This document shows positions 44,987 through 54,986 of a stretch of DNA of 64,000 bases, in pieces. The position numbers were made by a program, and so were the translations under genes. How positions within the stretch are numbered: the stretch's first letter is position 1; each line of letters starts with the position of its first letter. Where the stretch lies: positions 951,265 through 1,015,264 of the forward strand of contig CAWEZO010000002.1 of NCBI GenBank assembly GCA_963813635.1, written 5' to 3'. The DNA is from an uncultured Actinomycetes bacterium (GTDB lineage Bacteria; Actinomycetota; Acidimicrobiia; IMCC26256; JBBRZM01). A model generated the notes under the pieces. That model was given only the letters and a program-made list of their open reading frames with translations. It did not search any database and had not been told where the DNA came from.

Positions 44987-45975
44987 GAGGCCTGCCTCCT
45001 TCTGCCCCGCTTCGCCGGCTCCGTGTCGTCGGTCTCCGTCGCGTCCTCCACGGCGTGACCGGTGAGCGAGAGGAACACGTCATCGAGCGTCGGCTCTCGG
45101 AGCGCCATCGTCGTGACGGGGAACTTGGCGGCGTCGAGCACCCGCACCGTCTCGAGCATCGCGCGGGCACCGTCGTCGACGTTGACACGCAGTTGGTGGC
45201 CGTCGCGCGATACATGGCCGATCGGACCGAGCACGTCGGCCGCGGTGGCAGCGTGGGCCTCGTCGCTGAACGCGACTTCGATGACGGTCGCGCCGAGCCG
45301 GGCCTTGAGCTGCGCCGCCGTCCCTTCGGCGATCACGGCCCCCTGAGCGATGACGACGATGTTGTCGGCGAGCCGGTCGGCCTCCTCGAGATATTGCGTC
45401 GTGAGCAACACGGTGGTGTCGGCGTCGACCAGCTCCTCGATGATGGCCCACATCTCGCTACGTCCTTGCGGATCGAGTCCGGTGGTGGGCTCGTCGAGAA
45501 ACAGCACCGGTGGCCGGTGCACGAGTGCGGCGGCAAGGTCGAGGCGGCGGCGCATGCCCCCGGAGAAGGTGCGCACGAGCCGGTCGGCCGCGTCGACGAG
45601 CTTGAAGCGCTCCAAGAGCAGCGCGCTCTCGCGCGCGATGTCATCGCGGGCGATATGGGTGAGCCGGCCGACGAGCTGAAGGTTTTCCTCCGCCGTGAGG
45701 TTCTCGTCGACCGCGGCGGACTGGCCGGCGAGCCCGATCGATGCGCGCACCCGTTGCGGTTGCTCCGTGACGCTCATGCCGAGCACCTCCGCACGCCCGT
45801 GGTCGGGCCACAGGAGCGTGGTCAGGATGCGAACAGCGGTCGTCTTGCCCGCACCGTTGGGGCCCAGGAGCCCGAGCACGGTGCCGGTGGGCACTTCGAA
45901 CGAGACGGCTTTCAGCGCCTGCACCTCGTCGAAGGACTTGGAGATCTCTTCGGCCCGGATGGCGGGAGCGCTCAC
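44983..45975 (-). CDS. ABC transporter ATP-binding protein (DrrA/daunorubicin-resistance-like)
   Basis: Walker A is GPNGAGKTT, the signature is FSGGMRRRLDLA and Walker B is VLFLDEPTTGLD. The start is taken at GTG 45975 (VSAPAIRAEEISKSF). An upstream ATG near 46059 is possible. Confidence 0.85.
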   Translation of the reverse strand: MSAPAIRAEEISKSFDEVQALKAVSFEVPTGTVLGLLGPNGAGKTTAVRILTTLLWPDHGRAEVLGMSVTEQPQRVRASIGLAGQSAAVDENLTAEENLQLVGRLTHIARDDIARESALLLERFKLVDAADRLVRTFSGGMRRRLDLAAALVHRPPVLFLDEPTTGLDPQGRSEMWAIIEELVDADTTVLLTTQYLEEADRLADNIVVIAQGAVIAEGTAAQLKARLGATVIEVAFSDEAHAATAADVLGPIGHVSRDGHQLRVNVDDGARAMLETVRVLDAAKFPVTTMALREPTLDDVFLSLTGHAVEDATETDDTEPAKRGRRRQAS

Positions 45976-46142
45976 GGCGCCGAGACTACGCGCGCCGCTG
46001 CTGCCGCGAGAACGCCTGCAGTGGTGGCGGGCAACCGGCCCAACCATGTTGTCCATCGTCATTTCGCCGGATGAAATTCGCGGCGCCGAGTTCTTGCTAC
46101 CGTGGACCTGTGGCACCGGCAGGGACAACTGAGAGTCTGCCC

Positions 46143-47237
46143 ATGCCGGCCGTGTCTGCTGATCCGGTCCGCGTGCGCGATCGACGCACCATCCGGATGG
46201 TGGTTTCACTCGCGGTCGTCGTTGCCGTCTTCGTCTTCGCGCTGCCGAAAGTCGCGAGCATCTCCGACGTCTGGACGCAGATCCGCGACATGAGCGTCGT
46301 CGCGCTCGTGATCCTGCTCATTGCCGCGGCATGGAATCTGGTGACCTACGCGTTCGTCTTGCGCGTGGCCACGCCGGGGCTCACGTATACGCAGGCCGTT
46401 GTGGTCACCGAGTCGTCGACCGCGGTCGCCAACACGATGCCGGCCGGCGGTGCGCTCGGAGTGGGCGTGACGGCAGCCATGTACCGGTCATGGGGCTTCG
46501 GCGCGTCGACCACGAGCTCCGCGGTCCTGCTCACGGGCATCTGGAACACGCTGGTGAAGCTCGGGCTCCCCATTCTGGCTCTCGGCGTGCTCGCAACCCA
46601 AGGTCACGCCAGCCTCGCCCGCCTCTCGGCGTCGCTCATCGGTGTCGGCGTGCTGGCCGCGACCGTAGGCGGCATCGTGATGCTGCTCCACAGCGACAGT
46701 GCCGCGCGGCGGGCCGGCGGTCTCGCCGCCCGGGGCTACTCGCAGCTGCGCCGGCTCGTACGCCGGCCGGCGGTCACCGGATGGAAAGACGCGGCGTCGG
46801 AGTTCCGCACACGATTGCGGCTGCTGGTACGGCGTTCGTGGCTGCGGCTGACGATCTTTACCGTCGTCAGCCAACTCTCGCTCTACGTCGTGTTGCTGCT
46901 CGCGGTGCGGGGGACGGGCATCTCGAGCAGCGCCGTCAGCTGGGCCGAGGTGCTCGCCGCATTCGCGTTCGTGCGGCTGCTGTCCACGATTCCCCTGACG
47001 CCGGGCGGCCTCGGTGTGGTGGAGCTCGGCTTGACCGGCGCGCTGGTCGGCTTCGGTGCCGACAAGGCGAGCGTCGTCGCGGCCGTCCTCCTGTTCCACG
47101 CGCTCACATACCTCGCACCGATCGTCTTCGGTTCGCTCACCTACTTCGTGTGGCGCCACCGCAGCACGTGGCGCATGCCCGTCGAGCCGTCGCACGTGCC
47201 CGTCGAGCCGTCGCACGCGTACCGGCGCGCCACGTAG
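46143..47237 (+). CDS. lysylphosphatidylglycerol-synthase-TM-region (flippase-like, UPF0104) membrane protein
   Basis: Start at ATG 46143. 8 TM with the hallmark LSTIPLTPGGLGVVELGLTGAL. The C-terminus contains an exact 21-bp tandem duplication at 47177-47218 (PVEPSH twice). Confidence 0.8.
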   Translation: MPAVSADPVRVRDRRTIRMVVSLAVVVAVFVFALPKVASISDVWTQIRDMSVVALVILLIAAAWNLVTYAFVLRVATPGLTYTQAVVVTESSTAVANTMPAGGALGVGVTAAMYRSWGFGASTTSSAVLLTGIWNTLVKLGLPILALGVLATQGHASLARLSASLIGVGVLAATVGGIVMLLHSDSAARRAGGLAARGYSQLRRLVRRPAVTGWKDAASEFRTRLRLLVRRSWLRLTIFTVVSQLSLYVVLLLAVRGTGISSSAVSWAEVLAAFAFVRLLSTIPLTPGGLGVVELGLTGALVGFGADKASVVAAVLLFHALTYLAPIVFGSLTYFVWRHRSTWRMPVEPSHVPVEPSHAYRRAT

Positions 47238-47269
47238 CGCGACCTCACTCACGCGAGGCGCGATCTCTT

Positions 47270-47322
47270 CGTTCACTCGAGGAAACACCCCGGTATTTGC
47301 CGGTAATGCCTCGAGTAAACGA
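47270..47322. repeat. palindromic intergenic repeat, family C, copy 2
   Basis: CGTTCACTCGAGG AAACACCCCGGTATTTGCCGGTAATG CCTCGAGTAAACGA. Confidence 0.8.
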
Positions 47323-47451
47323 AGGTTTCGGCTCGGTGACAAGCGTTGGTTCCGAGGGGACTCGCCGCGAAGTTGGGCGATAGGGTATTTCGCGAAGCGA
47401 GTTCGGCCGCGTCGTCGCGGCGCTCGCCGGAAGTTTCGATAGGGAGCACAC

Positions 47452-48346
47452 ATGAAGCTGCAGAAGATCTCGATTCACGGGCATCACGTCGCGTACCGCA
47501 TGGGCGGCGAGGGTCCCGCGCTGTTGCTCATTCACGGGATGGCCGGCTCCGCGTCGACGTGGCAGGACGTAATGCCCGCACTGGCCGAGCAGGCGACGGT
47601 GATCGCGCCCGACCTGCCCGGCCACGGCAACTCGGAGAAGTTTCGCGGCGACTACTCGCTCGGCAACTACGCGAGCGGGCTGCGCGACCTGCTCACCAAG
47701 CTCGGCCATAACCGGGCCACCATCCTCGGCCAGTCACTGGGTGGCGGCGTCGCGATGCAATTCGCCTATCAGTACCCCGAACGTTGTGAACGGCTCGTGC
47801 TGGTCAGCAGCGGTGGGCTCGGCCAAGAGGTGCACGCCGGGCTGCGGGCGCTGGCGCTGCCGGGTGCGCAGTACATGCTCGCCTTGGGATGCTCGGCGCC
47901 GGTTCGCACCGCGGGCACGATGCTCGGCGGATTGTTCCAACGTCTCGGTTTCCACGCGAAGCCTGCGGTCCAGGAGATCTGGCGCAGCTTCGAGTCGCTC
48001 GGCGACGCGCGAGACGCGAGAGGCGTTCGTGCACACACTCCGTTCCGTTGTCGATGTGGCAGGTCAGCGGGTCGACGCGCGTGACCGCCTCTATCTCGCG
48101 GCAGCGATGCCCACCCTGTTGATCTGGGGCGACCACGACCGCATCATTCCGGTCGACCACGCCTACCAGGCGCACGACGCAATGCCGGGCAGCCGGCTCG
48201 AGATCTTCGAGGGCGCGGGCCATTATCCCCATCGCGACGACCCGCGACGGTTCGTGCGGGTGCTCCGCGACTTCATCCAGTCGTCGTCGCCGGCCGAGCT
48301 CTCGCACGTCGACATGCAAGCGCTCCTGCATACGGAAACAGCCTGA
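47452..48346 (+). pseudogene. alpha/beta hydrolase (MhpC/BphD-like fold), one frameshift
   Basis: Motifs LLLIHGMAGS and the nucleophile elbow GQSLGGG. After ...SLGDA (extra C at ~48010) it continues as ETREAFVHTLRSVVD...LLIWGDHDRIIP...GHYPHRDDP in track ORF 47741..48346. Confidence 0.8.
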
Positions 48347-48537
48347 TAGCGGAGAGCGTTCACGGGGGCGGTCGCGGGACAATTGCGGTCCGCGAAGGTC
48401 CCGCTTTCCCGTTGCTCGGCACCGTCGGGAGGTCGAGTACCCTGATACACGCGTCGTTCTGACGCGCATCGGGCCCGAACCGGCAGGGGTCGGACCACGG
48501 ATTTGGTCCACCCTGCGCATGCTCGAGGAAGGCTCCG

Positions 48538-49485
48538 ATGCAGACCCTGCTCGAAAAGCCAGCTCCGCCGCCGCGCGTTCCCGCCGAGGCGACCGTCGAG
48601 CGCAAGCCCGACGTCGTGGGCAAGATCATCACCGTCGTGCTCGTTGTCGGTCCCGCGGTCGCGCTCGCGATCGCACTGCCGTTCCTCTGGGGAAACGCCA
48701 TCAATCTGCGTGACGTGCTCCTCGCGGTGACGTTGTACGCGATCACCGGGCATGGCGTCACGATCGGCTTCCACCGGATGCTCACGCACGGCAGCTTCAA
48801 GGCCAATCGTGGGCTGAAGATCTCACTGGCCGTTGCCGGGTCGATGGCGCTGGAAGGCTCGGTCATCAGCTGGGTCGCGAACCACCGTCGCCACCACATG
48901 TTCAGCGATCAACCCGGCGACCCGCACTCGCCGCACGGCTACGGCAACACTCCCACCGGCCAGCTCCGCGGGTTCGTGCACGCGCACGTCGGCTGGCTCT
49001 TCACAACCGACAGCACGTCAGTCGAGCGGTTCGCGCCCGACCTGCTCGGCGATGACGACCTCGTGCTCATCGGGCGTCTGTTCCCCGTGTTCGCCATCAG
49101 CTCGCTCGCGATTCCGTTCTTCATCGGCTGGGGCCTCGGTGGCACGATCGGTGCCGGCCTCACCGCGCTGTTGTGGGCCGGGCTGGTGCGCATGGCGCTG
49201 CTGCACCATGTGACGTGGAGCGTCAACTCGCTGTGCCACATGTTCGGGCGACGTCCGTTCGTCACCAATGACCTGAGCCGCAACTTCGCACCGATGGCGG
49301 TGCTCTCGATGGGCGAGTGCTGGCACAACCTGCACCACGCGTATCCGTCATCCGCGCGTCACGGCGCACAGCGCGGCCAGCTCGACTCGTCGGCTGCGCT
49401 GATTCGTCTGTTCGAACGCGCCGGCTGGGCCACCAGGGTGCGCTGGCCCAAACCGGCCCGCCTCGCGGAGCTGACCGCGCGCTAG
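48538..49485 (+). CDS. acyl-CoA (stearoyl-CoA-type) fatty acid desaturase
   Basis: 315 aa with three His boxes: HRMLTH, HRRHH and WHNLHHAYP. It has four TM helices. Confidence 0.9.
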   Translation: MQTLLEKPAPPPRVPAEATVERKPDVVGKIITVVLVVGPAVALAIALPFLWGNAINLRDVLLAVTLYAITGHGVTIGFHRMLTHGSFKANRGLKISLAVAGSMALEGSVISWVANHRRHHMFSDQPGDPHSPHGYGNTPTGQLRGFVHAHVGWLFTTDSTSVERFAPDLLGDDDLVLIGRLFPVFAISSLAIPFFIGWGLGGTIGAGLTALLWAGLVRMALLHHVTWSVNSLCHMFGRRPFVTNDLSRNFAPMAVLSMGECWHNLHHAYPSSARHGAQRGQLDSSAALIRLFERAGWATRVRWPKPARLAELTAR

Positions 49486-49508
49486 CGGTAGCCCGCCCCC
49501 ACCACCTG

Positions 49509-49559
49509 GAACTGGTCCGCGTTTGCTCAAGAAATACCGAAGTGATCGCGGGCCAGTTC
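49509..49559 (+). terminator. candidate (possibly bidirectional) terminator hairpin between convergent genes
   Basis: GAACTGGTCCGCG - 25-nt loop - CGCGGGCCAGTTC (13-bp arms, 1 mismatch), followed by GGTTTCTTTGG. The loop contains CTCAAGAAATACCGAAGTGA, which resembles the family C core. Confidence 0.45.
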
Positions 49560-49601
49560 GGTTTCTTTGGGGCTGGGCCGTCCACGGTTCGACTCTTGGG
49601 C

Positions 49602-50021
49602 TCAAGCCGCCCACGGCCCGACGCCGCCGATCCGGGTGATCGTGGTGCGCATGACGTAACCGGCGGGCGGGTCGTCCATCGTCGGGAACCTCACCTCGGG
49701 ACCGAGATAGACGTGCGCGAGTCGCTGGAGCAGCTCGGCAGCGCCGCCTTCGGTGATACGGGCGGTGCCGTTGACCACCAGGAAATGGTCGAGCGCGCCG
49801 TGGCTGCGACCCTCGGCCTCGATCGAGAGCGTGACGCCCGGATCGCGCTGCACGTTGCGCACCTTCTTGTTGGCCATGAGGTGTCCGGACACGATCTCGT
49901 CATCTTCGACCCCCACCCAGATGCACGTGACCTGCGGGGTGCCGTCGGGATTCAGCGTGACGAGGTGGGCGAGCCGGCCCGAGGTGAGGACTTCGCGGAC
50001 GGCGTCGGGGATCGCAGTCAT
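49602..50021 (-). CDS. PPOX-class probable F420-dependent oxidoreductase
   Basis: Start at ATG 50021 (MTAIPDAVREVLTSGRLAHLVTLNPDGTPQVTCIWVG...). 139 aa with a split-barrel PPOX pattern. Confidence 0.75.
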   Translation of the reverse strand: MTAIPDAVREVLTSGRLAHLVTLNPDGTPQVTCIWVGVEDDEIVSGHLMANKKVRNVQRDPGVTLSIEAEGRSHGALDHFLVVNGTARITEGGAAELLQRLAHVYLGPEVRFPTMDDPPAGYVMRTTITRIGGVGPWAA

Positions 50022-50088
50022 GGGTGCTCCTGATCTCTCCGGTTGCGGATCGGGAATCCTGACGCATTCCGGCGACGTTGGCACGGGT

Positions 50089-50844
50089 ATGGCCGAGACT
50101 TCCCGAGGAAGAGTGCGGGTCGAGGACAGTCCGAAGCGGGTCCGCGTGCACCTCGGTGGCGAGGTCGTGGCCGACACACGCCACGCGAAGCTCGTCTGGG
50201 AGATTCCGTACTACCCGCACTACTACTTCCCGCGCGCCGACGTGCGCACCGATCTGCTCGTGGCCACCGACACGGTGACGCACTCCCCGAGCCGTGGCGA
50301 CGCGCACCACTTCACGGTCAAGGCGGGCACCAGCGAGGCGACTGATGCCGCCCGGCAGTACGTCGATTCGCCGATCGAGGAGCTGCGCGACCTCGTGCGC
50401 TTCGATTGGGAACCGATGGATGCGTGGTTCGAGGAAGACGAGGAGGTGTTCACGCACGCGCGCAGCCCGTACACGCGCGTCGACATCCTCGACAGCTCGC
50501 GCCACGTGCAGGTGGTGGTCAACGGCATGACCGTCGCCGACTCGCACCACCCGAAGCTGCTGTTCGAGACCGGGCTGCCCACGCGGTACTACCTGCCTCG
50601 CGTCGACGTACGGATGGACCTGCTGACGCCGACAGAGACCGTGACGCATTGTCCGTACAAGGGCGAGGCGCATACGTGGGCCGTGCGTGCGGGCGCCGAC
50701 GTGATCCCCGACCTCGCATGGTCGTACCGCGCGCCATTCCGTGAGAGCTTGCCGATCGCGGGGCTGTTCGCGTTCTACAACGAGAAGGTCGATCTCATCG
50801 TCGACGGCGAGGCGCTCGAGCGCCCGCACACCCACTTCTCCTAG
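50089..50844 (+). CDS. tandem DUF427 domain protein
   Basis: Start at ATG 50089. It contains two DUF427-like halves. The second carries the canonical ...YYLPRVDV...THCPYKGEAHTWAV. The first is degenerate (YYFPRADV...THSPSRGDAHHFTV). Confidence 0.8.
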   Translation: MAETSRGRVRVEDSPKRVRVHLGGEVVADTRHAKLVWEIPYYPHYYFPRADVRTDLLVATDTVTHSPSRGDAHHFTVKAGTSEATDAARQYVDSPIEELRDLVRFDWEPMDAWFEEDEEVFTHARSPYTRVDILDSSRHVQVVVNGMTVADSHHPKLLFETGLPTRYYLPRVDVRMDLLTPTETVTHCPYKGEAHTWAVRAGADVIPDLAWSYRAPFRESLPIAGLFAFYNEKVDLIVDGEALERPHTHFS

Positions 50845-50931
50845 CAGAGCGCGTCCGATCCCGGACGCCGGTTAGCATCGGCCGTCCGCGAACGCCCCGG
50901 CATCTGCGCCGGGTACCGCAGGAGGCAGACC

Positions 50932-51606
50932 GTGGCAGGTCGTCGAATCGTGAGCGGGCTCGCGCTCGCCGGCTTGATTGTGTTCGTCGCCGCGTGCGGC
51001 TCGTCCGGCAGCTCGTCGAAGGCCAAGAGCACGAGCACCAGCAAGGCCAGCACGAGCACCACGTCGTCGGTGAAGGTGGCGAAGCAAAAGAACGCGTTGC
51101 TCGGCCCGACGCAGATCAAGACGCTGCAGACCGACCTCACCACGGTGGGATGTTTCTCGGGCACGATCGACGGCATCATCGGGCCGGTGACGCGCGCCGG
51201 CATGACGGCATTCCAGACTGCAAGTGGGCTCACCGCGGACGGCCAGTACGGCTCGGCGACGGAGCAGAAGCTGCGTCCCGCGGCGCAAGCGGGCACGAAG
51301 GTCTGCACGCAGACCCCGCCGACGACGACCAAGCCTGCGAGCGCGCCACCGTGCACGAGCGCGGCGATCCTCGACACGGTGCGCGGCTCGCCGTCGTCGG
51401 GGCCCAACCCGTCGATCACCGACTTCGGCTGCGACGGCGGCTGGGCGTGGGCGGGCGTCGACGTCAACGTCGGCACCGATGGCTACGAGGCCACCGATCT
51501 CTTGAAGGCGAGCGGCACCGCGTGGACGGTCGTCGACCGGTCGAAGTACTGCAAGCCGGGTCAGATCCCGGCCGACGTCTACAACCCGGGCTGCACCACC
51601 AACTGA
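50932..51606 (+). CDS. lipoprotein with peptidoglycan-binding (PG_binding_1-like) domain and Cys-rich C-terminal domain
   Basis: The lipobox is VFVAACGSSG, followed by a Ser/Thr linker. The PG-binding part is IKTLQTDLTTVGCFSGTIDGIIGPVTRAGMTAFQTASGLTADGQYGSATEQKL. The C-terminal ~90 aa contain 5 Cys. Confidence 0.75.
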   Translation: MAGRRIVSGLALAGLIVFVAACGSSGSSSKAKSTSTSKASTSTTSSVKVAKQKNALLGPTQIKTLQTDLTTVGCFSGTIDGIIGPVTRAGMTAFQTASGLTADGQYGSATEQKLRPAAQAGTKVCTQTPPTTTKPASAPPCTSAAILDTVRGSPSSGPNPSITDFGCDGGWAWAGVDVNVGTDGYEATDLLKASGTAWTVVDRSKYCKPGQIPADVYNPGCTTN

Positions 51607-51780
51607 GACCGGTGTGCCGCCGGGCACGCGCGGAACGCTGCCGGGTAAGGAAGACTGGCGCTTCCTTGCCGGATCTTCACATGCGCGGTGCATGGTGATG
51701 GTGAACCGGCCGCGAGAATGAAGCCGACGCGCGACCAGTACCCTGAAGGGCGCGTCCCCCCGATCTCCCGGAGCAGCTGC

Positions 51781-52747
51781 ATGGCTCAACCGACCCTGAC
51801 CGAACCGGCAGGCGCGCCATCCGAAGGCCGCGGCGCCGACGTCGTGATCGAAGTCGTCGATCTGTCCAAGCGCTTCAGCAGACGCGGTGCTGGCCGTCGA
51901 CTCCCTCACTTTCCAAGTGGAGCGCGGCCAGATCTGCGGGTTGCTGGGCCCCAACGGCGCGGGCAAGACCACGGCGCTACGCATGCTGCTCGGGCTCGTG
52001 CGACCCACGGGTGGTGACGCGCGGATTCTGGGCACGAGCATGCGGCCCGGGAGCCCGACCCTCCTGCGCGTCGGCTCGATGATCGAGCACGCATCGTTCG
52101 TGCCGTATCTCTCGGGGATGCGCAACCTGCGCGTGTACTGGGAGGCGGTCGGCGGGAGCCACCTGGCCGATGCCAACCTCGACGCCGCGCTGGCGGTCGC
52201 CGGCCTCGGCGACGCCGTCCACCGCAAGGTCAAGACATACTCGCAGGGCATGCGCCAACGACTCGGGGTCGCGCGCGCGCTACTGGGGCACCCCGAGGTG
52301 CTCGTGCTCGACGAGCCGACCAACGGTCTCGACCCGGGTGAGATGCGCGAGATCCGCGACCTGCTGCTGCGGCTCGGAACCCAGGGCGTGACGGTCCTGC
52401 TGTCGAGCCACTTGCTTTCCGAGGTCGAGCAGGTCTGCACCCACGCCGTCGTGATGGACCGGGGCCGCCTCGTCGCGGCCGGCAGCGTGGACGATCTCAT
52501 CCAGTCGTCGAGCTCCGCGTACATCGAGGTCGACGACACGGCCCGCGCCCGCGCGTTGCTCGAAGCCCTTCCGGGGGTGAAGTCGGTACGTACGGAAGGC
52601 GCCGGTCTCGATGTGAGCCTCGACGGCACGGCCCGGTCCGCGCTCGTCGCCGCGCTCGTGCGGGCCGGCCTGGCGGTCGACACCGTCACGTCGCGTCACC
52701 GGCTCGAAGACGCGTTCCTCGGGCTCGTCAACGAAGGCGACGACTGA
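51781..52747 (+). pseudogene. ABC transporter ATP-binding protein (ABC-2 type), one frameshift
   Basis: ATG 51781 (MAQPTLTEP...VVDLSKRFSRR), then an extra G near 51886, then VLAVDSLTFQVERGQICGLLGPNGAGKTT, YSQGMRQRLGVA and VLVLDEPTNGLD (track ORF 51887..52747). Confidence 0.85.
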
Positions 52748-53589
52748 TGCTCGCGACGTTCCGCATGGAGATGATCAAGCATGTGCGGCGTCCCCGCACC
52801 TACGTCGTGCTCGGCATCATCATCGCGGTGCCGCTGATCATTGCGTTCGCGCTGAAGGTCAATCCGCCCGACTTCCCAACTGGTGACGGCGGCGGCCGGC
52901 ATTTCGGCGGTGGTGAGGACGCCGACCTGTCGTACTTCGCGACGCAGACGGGTATTTTCCTCCCGGTCTTCGCGCTCGAAGTGATGAGCGGCTTTCTGCT
53001 GGTCGTGATCGCCTCGTTGTTCGGCGGCGACTCCGTGTCGTCCGAAGCGAGCTGGGGCAACTTCCGCGCGATCCTGACCCGCCCCATCGCGCGCGGGCGG
53101 CTCCTCGGGGCGAAGCTTGCATCGGCGCTGCTGCTCACGTTCATCGCCACGATCTTGGTGTCGGTCGTCGGGCTCGCCGCCGGCGGCGCGACGTTCGGCC
53201 TCCACGCCTTGAGCGTACCGATCCTCGGCATCCAGCAGTCGGTGGGCCACGTGATCGCGAACCTTGCGCTCTCGACGTTGTACGTGTTCTGGGGTCTCGC
53301 TGCCGTTGTCGCGCTCGGGTTTATGGTGTCGACGATGACCGACTCGGTCGCGGGTGCGATCTTCGCACCGATCGGCTTCTATTTCGTGACGCGGATCCTC
53401 GACAACATCGAGGCGATCGGCAAGATCCGCTACTTCTTCCCGACCCACTACGTCGACGCCTGGATCAACCTGTTCATCGGCGGCTCGACCAACGACATGC
53501 ACACCGGCTGGCTGATTCAGATCCCGTACGTGCTCGCGTTCAGCGCGTTCGGCTGGTTCTGGTTCCGCCGCAAGGACGTCTTGTCGTGA
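52747..53589 (+). CDS. ABC-2 type transporter permease
   Basis: 280 aa, 6 TM. The ATG overlaps the ATPase stop (TGATG). Confidence 0.75.
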   Translation: MLATFRMEMIKHVRRPRTYVVLGIIIAVPLIIAFALKVNPPDFPTGDGGGRHFGGGEDADLSYFATQTGIFLPVFALEVMSGFLLVVIASLFGGDSVSSEASWGNFRAILTRPIARGRLLGAKLASALLLTFIATILVSVVGLAAGGATFGLHALSVPILGIQQSVGHVIANLALSTLYVFWGLAAVVALGFMVSTMTDSVAGAIFAPIGFYFVTRILDNIEAIGKIRYFFPTHYVDAWINLFIGGSTNDMHTGWLIQIPYVLAFSAFGWFWFRRKDVLS

Positions 53590-53594
53590 CGCGA

Positions 53595-54510
53595 TCAGTC
53601 CAAGGAATGGGCTGACAGGAACCGCCAAATCGGCGGGGTGGCGTCGAAGGTCTTCGACGTGGGTCCGATGACTCGTTCCGGAAGATATTGCGAGCCACCC
53701 GGCCACGTGTGACCGCCGTGCTCGATCCGCCAGAACTCGAGGTCGGATTGGCGATCGGTCCCCCGCCATGTGCGCACGGAGACGTCGTCGCCCACGTTCG
53801 TCACGGCCGGACCGTCGGCGTGGTTGTTGGCGACCCAGAGCGAGGCCCAGTCGTCCACACTCATCACGACGCCGCGACCCTCGAGCCGGCCTTGAAGACG
53901 GCGTCGTCCGTGACGGCCGCCTCCGAGCGGGCCGCCCTCGTACGGCACGAGTGGATCTGCGGTGCCGTGGATCTGCATCACCGGGACGGGCCGCCCGGGA
54001 TGACACCACTGCGCGGCGTCTGCCGCTGCTGTACCCGCGATCTGCACGATCGCGGCGATGCGTTCCGACAGTTGGCAGGCGAGGCGACCCGCCATCATCG
54101 CCCCGTTCGACATCCCGACCCCGTAGACACGACGGCGATCGATCGGAGCGCGGCGCCGCGATCGAGTCGATCAGCGTCGCGATGAACCCAACGTCGTCGA
54201 CGCCTTCCATGGCGGCGCGCATCCGGGGGGCGATGCGTCCGTCGTTCCAATTGCGGGCGACGCCGCTCGGGGCGACCACGACGAAGCGCTCGTGGTCGGC
54301 GAGGTCGTGAAAGCGCGTGAGCCGATCGATGCCCCGCCCCGCGCCGCCGCCACCGTGAAACTGGATCACCAACGGCACAGGCCGCTCACCGAGGTCGGTC
54401 GGGACGTGCAGACGGAACTTGCGCGTGCGGCCACCGTGGGCCACCGTCTCGTCCGTCGTGGTTGGTGACGTGGCGTACCGTGCGAACCGCCGCCGCCGTT
54501 CGCGCGGCAT
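53595..54510 (-). pseudogene. secreted/extracytoplasmic esterase, PHB-depolymerase (LpqC-like) family, one frameshift
   Basis: The N-terminus is in track ORF 52696..54510 (...RKFRLHVPTDLGERPVPLVIQFHGGGG...). After ~54155 it continues as IDRRRVYGVGMSNGAMMAG (GxSxG) ...MQIHGTADPLVPY... in ORF 53595..54113. Confidence 0.75.
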
Positions 54511-54513
54511 TCG

Positions 54514-54903
54514 CTAGTCGTCGTGGGTCGTGTAGTCGATCGGTGGCGCGCCTTTGACGCCGACCGCGAAGCAGAAGCAGTGGATCGGAGCGGTGTCGCT
54601 GATCGGACGCAGGCTGTGCGTGACGTCGGGCGGGATGTGCACGAGATCGCCCTGCGAGATCTCGCACTCCTCGTCGCCGATCGTCATCGTGCCTCGCCCC
54701 GAGGTCACGTAATAGAACTCGTGCGTCGGGTGGGAGTGCGGGTACACGTACGAACCGCCCGGCACCTCGAATTCGTTTGCGAGCTCGAGGTAGCCGCCGT
54801 CGGTGATGTCCTTCATCTCCCGCGGTGACACGAGCCACCACACCGGCACCGTGCCGTTGTGCTCGACGACGGGCTCAACCTGTTCGATCGATCGCACGTC
54901 CAT
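54514..54903 (-). CDS. cupin domain protein
   Basis: Start at ATG 54903 (MDVRSIEQVEP...). 129 aa with cupin motifs YPHSHPTHEFYYVTSGRG and GDLVHIPPDVTHS. Confidence 0.75.
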   Translation of the reverse strand: MDVRSIEQVEPVVEHNGTVPVWWLVSPREMKDITDGGYLELANEFEVPGGSYVYPHSHPTHEFYYVTSGRGTMTIGDEECEISQGDLVHIPPDVTHSLRPISDTAPIHCFCFAVGVKGAPPIDYTTHDD

Positions 54904-54925
54904 GCTCGCTCCCTCTCCGACGAGG

Positions 54926-54970
54926 CGTTTGTGCACCAGCGGACGCTCTGGGGCCACTTTTGCACAAACG
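54926..54970. repeat. family A palindromic repeat, diverged copy
   Basis: CGTTTGTGCA ccagcggacgctctggggccacttt TGCACAAACG. The outer arms are intact and the centre has diverged. It is intergenic, between 54903 and 54987. Confidence 0.6.
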
Positions 54971-54986
54971 GTGTTCGGGCTCGGCG

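Noticed and set aside
39957-47322. The idea that the central cores of family B copy 2 and family C copies are invertible segments (DNA inversion switches), because the core orientation differs while the arms look unchanged.
   Set aside because: The arms are themselves palindromic, so inversion of the whole element gives the same appearance. The single asymmetric arm position is explained as easily by point mutation. Each comparison involves only two or three copies at different loci, and no invertase gene is present.
51641-51672. A hairpin CCGG-GT-AAGGAAG-actggcg-CTTCCTT-G-CCGG downstream of the PG-binding lipoprotein gene, as a terminator.
   Set aside because: The stem is short (7 bp plus 4), there is no U-tract, and it lies ~110 nt upstream of the next start. 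It is plausible but not strong enough to list as a feature.
52696-54510. A 604-aa minus-strand ORF spanning the ABC permease region and the esterase.
   Set aside because: Only the first ~120 codons (the esterase N-terminus) are meaningful. After the frameshift near 54155 the frame runs antisense through the 52747..53589 permease gene as Arg-rich shadow sequence.
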